Source: Selaginella moellendorffii
Lineage: Eukaryota; Plantae; Lycopodiophyta
Length of the DNA: 64,000 nt
Reading direction: 5' to 3'
NCBI RefSeq assembly: GCF_000143415.4
Contig: NW_003314268.1
Coordinates: forward strand, 1,472,672 to 1,536,671
Shown in pieces: positions 48,301 through 61,901 of this stretch (position 1 is the stretch's first letter; each line of letters begins with the position of its first letter). The translations under genes were made by a program, and so were the position numbers. The notes under the pieces were generated by a model. That model worked only from the letters and a program-made list of their open reading frames with translations, did not search any database and was not told the DNA's origin.

Positions 48301-51300
48301 CTTTATAGTTGCCATATAGTCTAACATGGACAATTTCATATTTTAGACTCTCCATGGCATCATAGTTGCTAGCAACAACATCCTCGAGCACCCTCTTGAT
48401 TCTCCACTCCCAACTTGCATAACCACTGTTGGATATGCCCTTCGATTTCTATGGTTCAGTTCCATCCCAATACTACTTGCCTTTTAGCCCCATATGTTTC
48501 CTTTAATTATTCTTCTCTAAACTAGGAGGATAGCTTTGCACATTTTACAATGCTTTAGCAAGTATGCTTAGGGATGAACCTACCCGATAGCCTAGGGAGT
48601 GGTTCCTCAATCTTGGGCATGCTCGCCTTATAATCCCACACACCGGGATTAACGTTGCTGCTTATGGGCCTTTACATGCCCATCACTAGCCTTGCCAAAA
48701 TTCTATTTTTAGCTTTGTCTAATTCGGGTAGATAGTCTTCTCCTGTCTCCACAACCTTGGACATTTGGATAGCACATTCTATCCATCATTCGCTAGGGAT
48801 TTAGTCCTTTGGGCCTTATCTATTGCCCTTGCGACACAAAACACCACCTCCTGGTGTTCTAGAGTGTTTGGGTGTCCCAATGATGGCCTCCTGACAATAA
48901 GCATTCCCGTTTACGACATTAACTTACTATATCGCAACATAAGCAATTTATCCCCCGTAAGGGTATATCTAACTTCCTTATGCCATTAAAAAGTTTTGGG
49001 TAGTTACCTTCTACCCGTTTAACCAATTATCTTGCACCTCTTGCTTAGTTGCCCTATAGTTGTCAAGTCCTACAACTCATTGCTTGGTGCTTCCACACCT
49101 TCATCATTATCTGGGTCACCACACTCCAATCGCATGCCTTCCAGCTTAGGCCATGCCTTTCCCGCTTCCGTTGGGATTCCCTTGGCAAGGGGTTTTTATG
49201 AACCCACCATCATAACCTCAAGGTATCACACCTTGGCACATTTGGTGTCTCCACACCATCGGCCCCACGAGCCTACCCTTATGACACTACTTATTAGTGT
49301 TTAGGTCTTTGCCAAGACCAATATAGTTGTTCCTCATGCTAACCAATATAGTTGTTCCTCATGCTAACTATCCGTTAGCACCGCACCATAGTGCTTGCAC
49401 CCAACTCTGGGCCAAAGTTGCTTTTTTCTGGGAACATTTTTCCCACAACTTTAGTATGGCACATTCAGCCATTAATGACCTACTATTCTCATACTTAGAT
49501 CTTATGATCCTCCCCATACCTCATGGGGCACCATACACCTCAGTCCAAATGCTTCAACCAATCCCTTAGGACCATTCCCTGACTCTGCTTAAGTCATCCG
49601 GCATTTTGGACTTTGTTAATCCAACAACCTGCGAGGTCTCAGTCTTAGAGGTGCCAACTCACTGGAATACAACTTCTTGTATTCATGTCCTACTCACAAG
49701 GACAATCTTTGCAAGTGTTACTCTGACACTTGATGATTTTCTTGGGGCTAACCTTTGCCCCTTAGGACCACTTGTCCATGTGATGAGAATACCAACTCAT
49801 CCTTTAAGTACACCCCCACCTCCTTGGGTTGTTCTAGCATTTATTAGAGGTAGCTCTGGTTACCATTTCAAAGACTTGTGTCCTTTTCTGTATTTGACAT
49901 CCCGCAGTCATTACTTCTGGTCTCACATTCATGAGCACCCACCTCAACTATATGAGGATAATCTTGTGACTCCTTTATTGTTTTGGAGTCTTTATCTTTC
50001 CCGTGATCCTAACTATAGTTTTTTACCACAACTACATTAGCCAGTTTGCAAAGTAAAACGCTCATCTGGATCACATCCTCAACTCTATGAGGAAACCTTT
50101 ATATTGTTCCCAAGATCCCAAAGTCATTCCCTTACTGGCCCTTTTCCATCCACCACATCGTGCGCAAGTTCATGCATGAACTTGAGTGGAGAGCCATGTC
50201 TTTTCGACATGCTACTCCTCGAGGATAGGTCCATATCTAGGACCCTCCGATTCCAATACAAGCGGTGATATACTTGGCCACCAATAAGAGTCGGACTAAG
50301 GAACAGCTTCGATACCAAGTTGTAAGTGACTAAATTTTCCGTTCTACTTTAGTCATTTAACCACACCTCCGACCACTTGGAGGAGTCTCATTCACAACCT
50401 CCATAAGTCCCATTCAGGACTTGGGGCTTGCTAGCCCCGAGAATGGCATCCATGCCACTCAACCTTTGCACTTGGTCCAAGTGCTCCACGTGTCTAATCC
50501 CATGACCGACACCCCAAGGTACCACCGATATATGAGCCCGTTATGCTAGGCTACGCTCATTCACCTTGGTCACATCGGTGGTCTAACACCACCTGCATTG
50601 CAATCCTGTTTCTCCAAGACTGGGCCATCCGTCCATGAGTGATCATCCCAGATCCACTCCTTAGCATCCTTAGGATGCCCCCAGACATGGGGAATAGCCT
50701 TCCCCAATATCCCATTTCCGGTCCCCACCAAGTCCCTTTCTACTCATGGCCGTGTTTGCCAACACTGCCACTGGATCGAGGCCCACAGGCCCGACCACTA
50801 AGTCCCACGGTCCTCTGGGACTTCCTCGCCACACGACTGTATCCTTGGTCTCTACTCCAGAGGACTACTCCTCTTCCTTTCCACAGTCTGGGACTTTGGG
50901 ACAACATTTCGGAACACTGTGGCCCTACGCGGGCCTCATGGGTACTCTCCCTGCCTTCCGCCTTTAGGTGCTCTAACCATGGGCTTAGAGCGAGGTTCCC
51001 TTGAGCCACACCAGGTATCTAAGTAGGTAGTGCCACCCACACTTGGATTGGGAGCATCGGCCAGTCGATCTCCCGGGGGAACTAGAGCCGGCTCTTGAAC
51101 ACTTCACCAAGTTACCCCGCTTGTCGGTCCATATTCATTCTAGTCTTGGACTTCCCAATGGTCAGTTAATCACCCAACATTGGGTCTGGCCTTCCTGGGC
51201 CAAACTGGCTCCACTGCAGTCCTCCCCCTTACTATACTTTTGGAGCTCACCAAACCCCCCAGGGTCTGGGAGACGAACGCTTTGGGCTTTCACCCTCTCA

Positions 51301-52262
51301 GACTCGAACTCGGACTCGGACTCGGACTTGGACTTGGACTCAGACTCAGACTCGGACTCGGACTCGGACTCGGTCTCGGCCTCGGTCTCGGTCTCGGTCC
51401 CGGCCTCGGTCTCAATCTCGGTCCCGGTCTCGGTCTCGGTCTCAGTCTCGGTCCCGGTCTTGGTCTTGACCTCAGACTCCATCTGGGGTCCTTCTCGGAC
51501 TCCATCTCGGATTCCATCTCAGGTCCATCTTAGACTCCATCTCGGACTCCATCTCGATCCATCTTGGACTCCATCTCGGGTCCATCTCGGACTCCACCTC
51601 GGACTCCAACTCGGGTCCATCTCGGACTCCACTTCGGACTCCATCTCGGGTCCACCTTGGACTCCACTCCGGACTCCAACTCGGACTCCATCTCGGACAC
51701 TCCCACGTGTCATGTGTTGGTCCTTTTGGGGTCCCTTTTTGGAGCCTCGCTTCATGCTCGTTCCTTGAGCACTCCGTTGGGAGTTTCACTCCCGCTCTCG
51801 ACTTTTCAAGTTGGAGCCTTTTAGTCCAAATGTGTTACGCTCGTTTGGCTTTTGCTTTGGCCACTACCACGTGGCACTCTTTTGGCTCCACTTTGGGGCT
51901 TAGGGATTTGTGTCTCACACCAGCATCCGCAGTCTTTTGCTTTTTCTTCCGCTTCTGGTCACGCTTTAACTTGTATACGAGAGTCTCCAACAAGGCATTG
52001 GTCTGTGCCAATTGTCCTTCTAGAACGTCCAATCAAGCCTTGGACGATCAAACCTCGCCACCAGATTCCTGCTTGGAAGTTTCCTCACTGGAGTCCTCCT
52101 CATGCAAAGATTCCTCATCCATAACCTCTTGTTCGAACGGAGGCTCTAACTCTGGCGGAGGTTTTGTCTCCGCCTTGGTTCGTTTCCACCCTACCTTTGC
52201 CATCTCCCAGCAATCCGCCTCTATCCTTCACTAGAACTAAGGAAAAGGCTCCGATACCAAAT

Positions 52263-53383
52263 TGTAATCCACAAATTTTTCCTTCTTAATTTGCCAACTT
52301 ACCTTGTCTATCCGACCAACACTGCCTTGGCTTTTGCTAAATTCCCCCGCCAAGGTTCCCACCTATTGTACCAACTCCTACTTGGTCCTACTTGATTTCA
52401 GCTACTCATTACACGAGTAATGGAGTGTTAGCCATCCATCCATGGATTCCCAAATCTCTCCCAATCCCCCTCCCTGGGTTAGAATGGACTTAAGGTTTGG
52501 CTACACTCCCTACAGGCACAAGTAGCCAAGCACACCAAGCCTCCAAGTTCTTAACATCCCTTGGTATAACAAGATTTGATCATGGGACCCTCTAAATCCC
52601 AAGCCTTGGGTGCAACACTTGTTTCGGGATGCCGGGGTGAAACACCATGGCCTAATGGCCCAGTATGGGTACCTCTACCCCCTAACTTCTATCTCGAAGG
52701 GAAGGGCGAGGACCAATGAGCCACAAAGTACTCAAGTGGGGCACCACTCCACATGAGTCGGGAGCACCACAGTCGGTTTCCCTTTCGGGAGTGGGAGCTG
52801 CTCTTGAGCACTTCCTTGGGTGGCCCCTTCGGCACCACCCAAGTCCATGCTCACTCCCACCCAAGGACCCTCGGCCCTAGTCTCAACCTCAAGTCAATTT
52901 AGAAGCACCACTGAAGAGTTCCTTCAAGACTGGTTCCTGGAGCTCACTATCCCTACTATACTTTTGGAACCCCCTGCACCAACCCCCCCTCCCCCTGGGA
53001 GACACACGCTTTGGGCTTTCACCCCTTGACCCGTATTAGTACTTAGACTCAGTCTCAGACAAGATCTCAGACTCGATCTCGGACCCGACTTCGGACTCAG
53101 TCTCGAACTCGATCTCGGACCCGATCTCGGACTCAACTTCGGACTCGACCTCGGACTTGGTCTCAGACCCGATTCGGATCTTGGACTCTGTCTCGAACTC
53201 GGTCTCGAACTTGGTCTCTATTTCGGCCTCGGACTTGATCCCGGACTCTATCTCGAACTCAGTCTCAAAGTTAGTCTTAGACTCGATCTTTGACTCGGTC
53301 CCATCCGATGAACTCTTTGTCATTTCGGTCATGCTTTCGGGGATCCTTTAGCCTACAACACCTCAAGGAGTTGGTTCCTTACA
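52263..53383 (-). repeat. 5' LTR of element A
   Basis: Homologous to 20734-21890 and adjacent to the PBS (gctccgatacca on the + strand). Confidence 0.9.
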
Positions 53384-53531
53384 TCAATCTCAGACTCAGT
53401 CTCAAACTTGGTCTTAGAATCAGTATCGGACTCAATCTTAGACTCGGTTTCATCCGATGAACTCTTTATCATTTTGGTCGTGCTTTCGGGATTCTTTAGC
53501 TTTCGACACCTCGGGGAGTTGGTTCCTTACA

Positions 53532-55960
53532 ACTTATTCCTCGACCACTTTATTCGAGTTCTACTTTTGCTCTTGACTTTCCAAGTCAGAACTTTTAGTC
53601 CAAACATCTTAGGCTTATTAGACTTCCATTTTGACCATTACCATATGGCACCCTTTCTACTCCACTTTGGGGTTTAGGGGTTTTTATCTCACAACTCCAC
53701 CACTTATAGATGAAGTTTAATGTCCTCATTGAACGATAAACCATTTTATAAAGTTACCCCATCATAGATTACTATGTTCATCTTTGGCACCAAGCTAATA
53801 TTTGTCAATAGTTCAACACCGAAGGCTCACCATGCTTTGCCATCCTGTAAAGAGCATAATCTTTTCACCTTAGAGACTCATTCGACCACTTATAGTGGTT
53901 CTCTCCCTTTATTGGTTTAGTTCTTATTAAACCTGTTAAAAACATCTTTATCTTAATCCCACTACTCATTCCCGAGTAGTCTCACCTTCTATCAACATAA
54001 CTATTGCACTTTGGAACTTTTAATTTTAACTTCTCAATGTCGATTCCCTAAGTATCTCCGACACTTTGTATTACACCTATTTTGTAAGCTCTACTTCCCC
54101 ATTTTAGGAAGCTCTTTACTTGAGGGTACCATCATCCTCTCTTCTATTTTGTGCTACATTTGGCACTAAGTTCCACTTCTTTATAATTTACACTAGGGCT
54201 ATCTATAACTTTATTATTTGGCTATTTTACTGCTCCATCTCTTGGAGCTTTCACCTTTGCCACTTTGGAGTGTTAGGGAAATCCATCATTGGAAATTTAT
54301 TTCCTTTTGCACAATTTGTTGGCATCCACCATTTAGTGGTTCCTCGCTTAATTTGCCATTTGGATTCCTTCCAATAACTTCCAAAGCCCATTCTCAGCCA
54401 TTAGTCTTTTGCTCCTATCCTTTGATTGTTGCACTAAATAATATAGAATCACTACCTCCATCCTTGAGGTATCCATTTAGTTCTATAGTAAAGGCTTTGC
54501 TTTGCCAAATCTAAAAAGTGTTCATCCCTAGTAGATCTTTTTAATATTTTCTATTGTGGGCTCTCTCTATAGCCTAACTTTGTGACCCTTCCATAGGTCT
54601 TTTCTAGAGACTACTTTCTTGAATCCACTATACCATCACATTGATATAGCTTATTTCCCTTAGGTGTCTTTTTCACTTGGTCACCTCGGCCAAATCACAC
54701 CATTACCAATAGTTCAAATGAACACTTTGAATTAGGAACTTTATTCTTTAATCTAGCAAGGACTTTATTCTTGTTTATCCATAGGATCACTTAGTGATCT
54801 CACATTCATACCTTCATAGGTTTGTCAATAGGTATTAGGTCTTCCAAACCTTTAAGTTATTGACTATAACCCTAAGAGCATCCCTCACATTTAGCGATGT
54901 GCCCTTCCAACCAAGGGTTCATAGCAATTTAGACTGGATGTCCCTCAAGTGGCACGTCCTTGGTGCCACTTGCACCAAAGGGTTCAAGTTAGATATGTCG
55001 AACTTTCACTCTAAGCAATTTAACTGTGCATCACGACTCTGGGGCATCCCCTGCTTGGCGGTGTGCCTAGGCTAGTCTCCTTACATAATCACCAAAAAAT
55101 GAGTGTCCTCATATTCCAAACCATCACCACGCCCTAATGAGTTGGGATTCGAACCCAAGCACTAGAGGGTTGGGATTTAAACCCAAACTCTATATATGCA
55201 TCTACGGAGAGCATCACCTAGTTAAGTGGCTAAAGTAAAATGAAAAATTTAGTTACTTACACCTACCATTTGGAGGAGTCTCACTCATAAACTCCATAAA
55301 TCTTATTCCTGACTTGGGGACATGCTAGCTTTGTGAATGGCATCTATACCACTCAACCTTTAGACCTGGTCCAAGTGCTCCATGTGTCTGATCCTATGAC
55401 TGATACCTAAAGGTACCATCAACATATCAACCCATTATGCTAAAGCCATGCCCATTCACCTTTGTCACATCAGTAGTCCAAAACCATTTACATCATAAAC
55501 CCATCTCTTAAAGACTAGGCCATCTGCGCATAAGTGGTGATCTCTTGACCACACTTTAGCACTTTTAAGATGCCTAAAGATATAGGGAACACCCTTCCCC
55601 AATGTCCCTTCTTCCATCCCCACCAAGCCCTTCGTTATCCATGGCTGTGCTCACCAACACCACCACTGGGTCAAAGCCCAAAAGCCCGACCACTAAATCC
55701 TACTGTCCTCTGGGACTTCCATACTATATAACTGTATTCTTGGTCACTACACTAGAAGACTACTCTTCTTTCTTTCCATATTCTGGGATTTTGGGACAAC
55801 ATTTCAAAACACTATAGCCCTTCGCAAGCCTTATGGGTACTCTCCCCACCTTTCACCTTTAGGTGCCCTAAATATGTGGCTAGAGCAAAGTTTCAATAAG
55901 CCATATTAAGTATCTAAGTAGGTAATGCCACCCACATTTGGATTGAGAGTATCGATCATT
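53532..55960 (-). mobile_element. Older degenerate copy of element B (LTR end, PPT, internal region, LTR part)
   Basis: 53693-55200 aligns with 33840-34560 plus 45817-46640, without the DNA transposon. 55260-55960 aligns with LTR B. Confidence 0.8.
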
Positions 55961-56056
55961 TGATCTTATGTCCCTTGTTAAAGACTCATTCATAAATTAC
56001 TTCGTACTCATTCCTCAAGTACTTTGTTTGAGTTTCACTCCCATTCTGACTTCCAA

Positions 56057-56156
56057 NNNNNNNNNNNNNNNNNNNNNNNNNNNNNNNNNNNNNNNNNNNN
56101 NNNNNNNNNNNNNNNNNNNNNNNNNNNNNNNNNNNNNNNNNNNNNNNNNNNNNNNN
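56057..56156. other. Assembly gap (100 N)
   Basis: Run of N. Confidence 1.
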
Positions 56157-56239
56157 GGTTTAGGTTTGTCTCACAATATTGAGATTGACATCTGGCAAGT
56201 CCAATTTGTTTCCAATTGAGCTCAATTATTATTTATGAA

Positions 56240-56891
56240 TCTTTGGAGTAAAATTTTTCTTTCACACCTTAGTGGTGGAAAGTGGGGAAAGTACCTATGA
56301 AGCTTGTATTGGGCTATGATGTTTTCAAATGTTATCCCAAAGTCCTTAACTATGGAAAAAAAAAGAGGAGTAATCCTCTTTAAAGGTATAATTACATAGT
56401 GAAGAAGTCTTAAAGGTTAATAGGATTTAGTGGACAAACAAACTTTTGGGCCTTGATCCAGTGGTGGTATTAACAAACATTACCATGATTAGAGGATTTA
56501 GTAGGGATCAATAAAGGGATATTGGGGATGGTATTCCCAACATCCTAGGGCATCTTAAAGATGGTAAGGAGTGATCATAAAATTACCACTCATAAAAAAT
56601 AGTACAAGTGGCTTTCGACTCTTAATAAGATAGTGAGAATAAACATGGCCTAATAAAACAGTGAGAATGATCATGGCCTTAGTGCAAGAGGCTTTGGGTG
56701 TTGGAGGTAGGATTCAAATACATAGAGTATTTGGATTAAATGTGAAGTCAATATGGTTTTGAAGCCTTTAAGGTATTAATAAATACCTCGAATTGGGATA
56801 AAGACCTATAAAAGTTGTAAGTGAGATTCTTTTAAATGGTTAAAGGTGTGGTTAAAAAATTAAAGTAGAATGGAAAATTTAGTCACTTACA
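56240..56891 (+). mobile_element. Degenerate LTR B fragment in the opposite orientation
   Basis: Ends aaagtagaatggaaaatttagtcacttaca, the reverse complement of the LTR B start tgtaagtgactaaattttcc. Confidence 0.7.
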
Positions 56892-58029
56892 TATTATACA
56901 TGTGAAATTGAACTTTGTAATGTTATTGGTGATAGCCATAAACTTGGTTATATACAATTGTAAAATAATCATCACATTTTGATATAAAAAATTTACTTAC
57001 TAGATTATTCATCACATTTTGATATAAAAATATTACTTTCTAGATTACAAAGATATGAGCTATAGGTTTAGGCTAATGTATAAAGAATATAGGAAAGAAA
57101 AGGTAGTAGGAAGGAAGGTTCTTTCTTTATGTTCTTTTCAAGTGGTTATAGAGGGTATTATCAATTATTATTTAATTGCATCACTATAGTAATGAAAGAA
57201 TGCCAGAAATTTAAAAAACAAATTTCTAGATATTATCAATAATATTTATTTCTCTAATAGAAAATTTTAAGCTTATTTAGAAAAGAATGTTTTAAGCTGG
57301 ATTCTATCTATAGTAGTATTTATATATTTTTAGTATAAAAATTCTAAATTATATATAAATAAAAATAATCTTTTGGCTGAGTAAAACTTTTTTATATTTA
57401 ATTTAGATATAGTCTTAAACGATAAAATTCAGATATCTATTGGAGGTAATGTCTCTCTCTGTGTACATAGATAAAAATATAAGTGCTTAAATACTTGAAG
57501 AGTATGATAAAACTTAAGTTATATGTAGAGAAAATTAAAATGAAATAAAATAAAATAAAGTGACTATAATTTATTTTATTTATATTTAATGATAAAAAGA
57601 ATGTGTACACAAACTTGTTACTATTTTTGTTCACTTAAGCAAACTTGTAGAGGTAATAGTGAATATATCTAATATGCTTGGATATTCTAGGATATTTTAC
57701 CATCTAACAGTTATTATTCATTTAGATTAATCTTGTATTTATAGTTTATAAAAATATTTATAATTTATAAAATTTCCTAAACACTTTATTCTACCATCTA
57801 ATGGTTCATATATAATAAGATTAATCTTGTTTTTATAAATTATAAACATCCATTCGATCAATTGGGTTAATAAATAAGAATAACACTACTATTAAATAAA
57901 CCAAGTGTTGTTGCATGCATAAATTTAAGTGTAAGAAAAGCCATTTATAATGCAAAATTTTAATTAAAATCATTTATAACTAATAAATATAGATTTTCTT
58001 TTGGTCAAGCCAATCTATTCTTTTAGACT

Positions 58030-59240
58030 ACCAAAAAATCTCCCACTTTAAATCCATGAAGAAAATTGGAAAGAGCAATCTAGATACCAGAGGAGGCCAC
58101 GGCAAAGTCTTGCCCATGATTAACATTGCAGGCCATGACCACTCCAACAGACTTTCCCAAGCAGTGTTGAGTTGTCATACCTGGCAGATATCTGGATCTC
58201 AATCAAAGGCAATGGGAGGGTGGAAACGAAATTTGCTTGAAAACCTCAAGCTTGGATATGTCTCCCTCTTTCCATAGAGAAAACCATCGCAGTTACAAGT
58301 TAACATAAAGTACCACGAGTAGAGGTCTTCAAGATTGACCGCATTATTTCCAATGTGAGACTGATCTCCATGAGATAAAAAACCTTACCGGTCATCCAAA
58401 ACCTTCATGTTATCCCCAGCCAGCAACCAAGTCAAGCCATCAAGTAGGGGAAATAGGCAGTGATACTCCCTCCTCAAGAATTTCATCAATCATCGTTATG
58501 AAATTCGAGGCCTCCTTTGCAATGGCCGGATCGTCCGAGGCCTTGGACAGTGTGGTCTCACTCTCAGCCTTTGAAGCTCTGAAGAGCTCATGACTCCCAC
58601 AGCTCGTCCCGGATGTCATACTCACCCTCTTGGCCGTGAAGAGCTCCGTCGTGCAAAGCTTCCTCACCTTCTTCCAGTAGGCGAGAAAGACATGCTCCTG
58701 TAATTCATGTCAATAGAGACCACATAGGCAAATTCCGTGCTTGAGAAACTCCTTAGCGATGGCTAAAGTGGACACCATGAATAGAGGGCCCTGCTGTGCC
58801 GCGCTCAATCGTCCAGCAGCAGCCTGTAGGTTTTTAAGTGATTAAGTTGGTTTATACAATTTAACTTTTTGTCATTAAGCTTGTTATTATTTTTTATTGA
58901 TAAGTGTTATTAATAGTCATTATTTGTGACATTTATAATAGTTATCCAAATAATGTCATTATTATGTTTAGTTGACTAAATGTATGTGGCTCCTGCTTCT
59001 CACTTAGTAGTAGTGCCAAGCGTAAGTGAAGGAGGGGTCCAAATTTCTACAAGAGCTTCTGAAGTGTGATGTGTGGGATAAAAAGAATGGGAGCAACAAT
59101 GGATGGGCAAAAGTTGATATGCTTGACATATCACACTGAATATACAACCAAAAGGTTAAACTAAGGGTGTGGCACCTGGATCTCATGAGGAGAAGAGCAT
59201 GTCACCTTGACATGGGATGCCCGGGAGATGGAAGTGGCCG
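58030..59240 (-). pseudogene. Fragmented paralog of the P450 at 15364-16901
   Basis: RKLCTTELFTAKRVSM, SKASDDPAIAKEASNFITMIDE and GHFHL pieces, collinear with many deletions and an AT-rich insertion at about 58800-59010. Confidence 0.85.
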
Positions 59241-59433
59241 TTGCTTGCTTGAATGTCTAAACCTTCTTCCAATTTTATATGTACAGGCATTGACCCCAAA
59301 GACAACGCGAACTTGTACCTACCGGCACCTAAATGACATTTTATAGCCGAACGGTGTCTAGAGAAATATTCTTGGCAAATCGAAGCTATGAGATGTTGTC
59401 CAAGGAAAAAAGAATCACAAACATATATATACA

Positions 59434-61725
59434 TTACCAATTGCGGTCATGAGGTTCTGGATAATCCAAACCAAGCTTCTCAAAAATCTCCCGCTCTGTC
59501 TCACAAGGAATGGATTCCGTACTTGCTTTAGACTGCAAAAACATAACGTTATAACAAGATAAAAGAGAAAGAACAACCATACATCTTTCTTCTTGCTTTC
59601 ACGTATGAAGAGTCCTTGATCGCTCAGCTTGTATCCAAACTTCACCCGAGCCAAAAATCGAATCCTGCCAGACATTGTTGCAGTTAGCAAAGCATGGAAA
59701 TGCTATCAAACGATGGAACTTACTTTCTGTTGAGAACATCGTTCCCAGTAAAGGCGAGTAGTGCAAAAGCGTACACATGCCTTGGATAAACCTGAACGAG
59801 CACGACATTGCATCGGAGAAACATAGCGAAAGCTTACTTTTATGTCTATTCTTCGATAAGGTTTGCCTTGGAAGTGAAAAATCCCCATAAACATATCGGG
59901 TTGAGTACCTCCCTGTCCGAATCACATGAAGCACACTAAAGAAAAGAAAAGGCCGAGTTTACCTTTCGAGCATTTGCATCGACGCGAAGGCCATCTACGA
60001 TAAACTCGATTCTGCGCAGTTCTTGGACGAGCCTCGCCAGAAGATCCTGATGGCTGCATAGCAAATGTAAGTGAGAGGAGTGCGTACAACATCGCAAACT
60101 CGTAAACCTGGAACCATCTGGATGAGTGATGAGAATATCAACGTCGCCACAAGTAGGCTTGCCTCTTCGATAAGAGCCTGCTGCGTTTACCCAAGCCTAC
60201 AAGAATGACGCAGTGATAAGCAAGAGGAGAAATGTGTAAAAACTTACCCCCGGAGCAAGAGTTTCAACAACACCTCGCACGAACTTTTCGGTGTCCGCCA
60301 CTTCGTCTCGAGGAATTCGCAAATTAATATCGTCATAATACTTGACGCCCATGCGTTGCATAGAAGTCAGGGACGAGTAATTCTCCAGGTCCTTGACAGT
60401 GCGAAATCCTTTCTTGTACAGCTCTCGTGCCTGAATTGCTCCGATACCCCACACTGAGCCAAGAACTTGTATCTCGCCAACCTGAACCACGAAAAAGAAA
60501 CACACTGATCATCCAGCTTCACCCAAGTAATAAGTGTCGGAATAAAAACCTGCGCTTTCAGATTGTCAAGCTTTTGAAGTTGTCCAGTTCCCAGAATCTC
60601 CTTCACCATTTTTACAAGGGATTTTCCCACCCCATACATTTCTCTAATCTGCTCGACACTCGTCACTTTGTATGGCAAACTTCGCAGCTTATTCACAGTC
60701 TACAAAGCAAAGCTTTAGTACAAGTGGAAAAGCAAGAGTATCCATTACCTTTCTGTAGATCAGGGATCTCCATTGGTCTCCTAAAACGTCCTCGTAGAGG
60801 TGCCACATCTCAGCCAGCGGATTCGTCAAATGCTCGTTGAGATTTGGACTCTCTTGCTTGCCGTAGAAGGTCTGCTTCCGCCTTAACTTCTCCTTGAAGT
60901 TCATGTTTTCATCCTCGTCCGAGCTCGCATCCTCCTCTTCGACAGGCTCCTCTTGATCGTCCGCAGCAACGGAAGTTCCAGCGGTTATAGTTGCGTTTTC
61001 TTCTGTCTTGACGAGAAAGCTTGTGCCATCTTGTGTCGTGTCCAGAAACGAAGAGCTTTCTCTCGAAGTTGATGTGATCTCCGAGGTGGTCTTATGCTCC
61101 TCTCCAGGATTTGTGACATGCGGAGTTTGGAGCTGGCAAGTCCTCGCTAGATCTTGCTGTTCTAAAGCGGCCGTAGCAACAATGGTTGTCTCGGGGTCGC
61201 GTAGAACAACAGACGATTGATAGCTTTCGGTGGAGACGAGAATTCCTTCTGTCAAACATGTTTGAAGCCAATCATATGGAAGAAACAACTGAAAAATAAG
61301 AAAATAAAGGAGAGTCTTGAGAATGAATGAAGAAAGAAGATCAAAGTGTTCTTACCTTGGCGAGATTTTCAGCGTCTGGAAGCCCATCCAGAGCTTTCCT
61401 ATTGACAGCCAGGACATAATTCAAGTCTCGTGACACTCGCTTCTTGTTTGGATCGGCAATCGTCCCTCCCAGGCTCTCAAATCTCTTCTTCCAAATCTAC
61501 CAGCACCCCGCGGGGTTTATCTTAGCGCACAGCGATCCTACATACCTGCAGCCTCATGCCATTCACTCCGCGCTCCACAAACAGGGCACAAATTCCCGAG
61601 AAAATCCCTTCCTTCTTCTCTTCCTCCTCTCTCCCCTTGGGCCGGAGCTTGGAATTCCCATTCGCAAAGCATTCTTTGATAGAATTCGCGCGCTTCCTCG
61701 TCGATTTGCTCCTCTCCTCGCTCAT
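59434..61725 (-). CDS. POLL: DNA polymerase lambda (X family, N-terminal BRCT), multi-exon
   Basis: [15 protein letters not shown] (BRCT), [64 protein letters not shown]-terminal [20 protein letters not shown]. Confidence 0.93.
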
Positions 61726-61792
61726 GTAGAACCCTAGGGCTTTGCGGTGACAGCTTAAAGGCGAAGATAGATTCCAATTCGTAAGATTTTCA

Positions 61793-61800
61793 CCGCGAAA
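61793..61800 (-). promoter_or_regulatory. E2F site upstream of POLL
   Basis: TTTCGCGG on the minus strand, about 70 bp upstream of the ATG. Confidence 0.5.
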
Positions 61801-61901
61801 ATCGCGACCATCGGATCTACTTTAAATTACAACCGTTGGAATTTGTATATCCACGAAAATCATGACCGTTGGATTCTAGAATCGTTGGATCAAAACTTGT
61901 T

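Larger units (their letters stand above)
32482..51919 (-). mobile_element. LTR element B, apparently non-autonomous, inserted in the gag of A
   Basis: LTRs 32482-33839 and 50321-51919 (TGTAAG...CTCACA). Minus-strand PBS TGGTATCGAAGC and PPT GGGTGGTGGAGT. Degenerate TSD ccaat/ccagc. The gag frame of A rejoins across the insertion (KTADAG-SAEG). No RT/integrase motifs seen inside. Confidence 0.8.
20734..53383 (-). mobile_element. Ty3/gypsy chromovirus element A (host of nested insertions)
   Basis: Paired LTRs TGTAA...CTTACA at 20734-21890 and 52263-53383. Minus-strand PBS TGGTATCGGAGC next to the right LTR and PPT GGGTGGTGGAAT next to the left LTR. Near-TSD tccat/tcaat. Confidence 0.8.

Noticed and set aside
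58800-59015. CACTA element inside the P450 pseudogene
   Set aside because: Only one CACTA-like end (tagtg at 59011-59015) and no matching left TIR.
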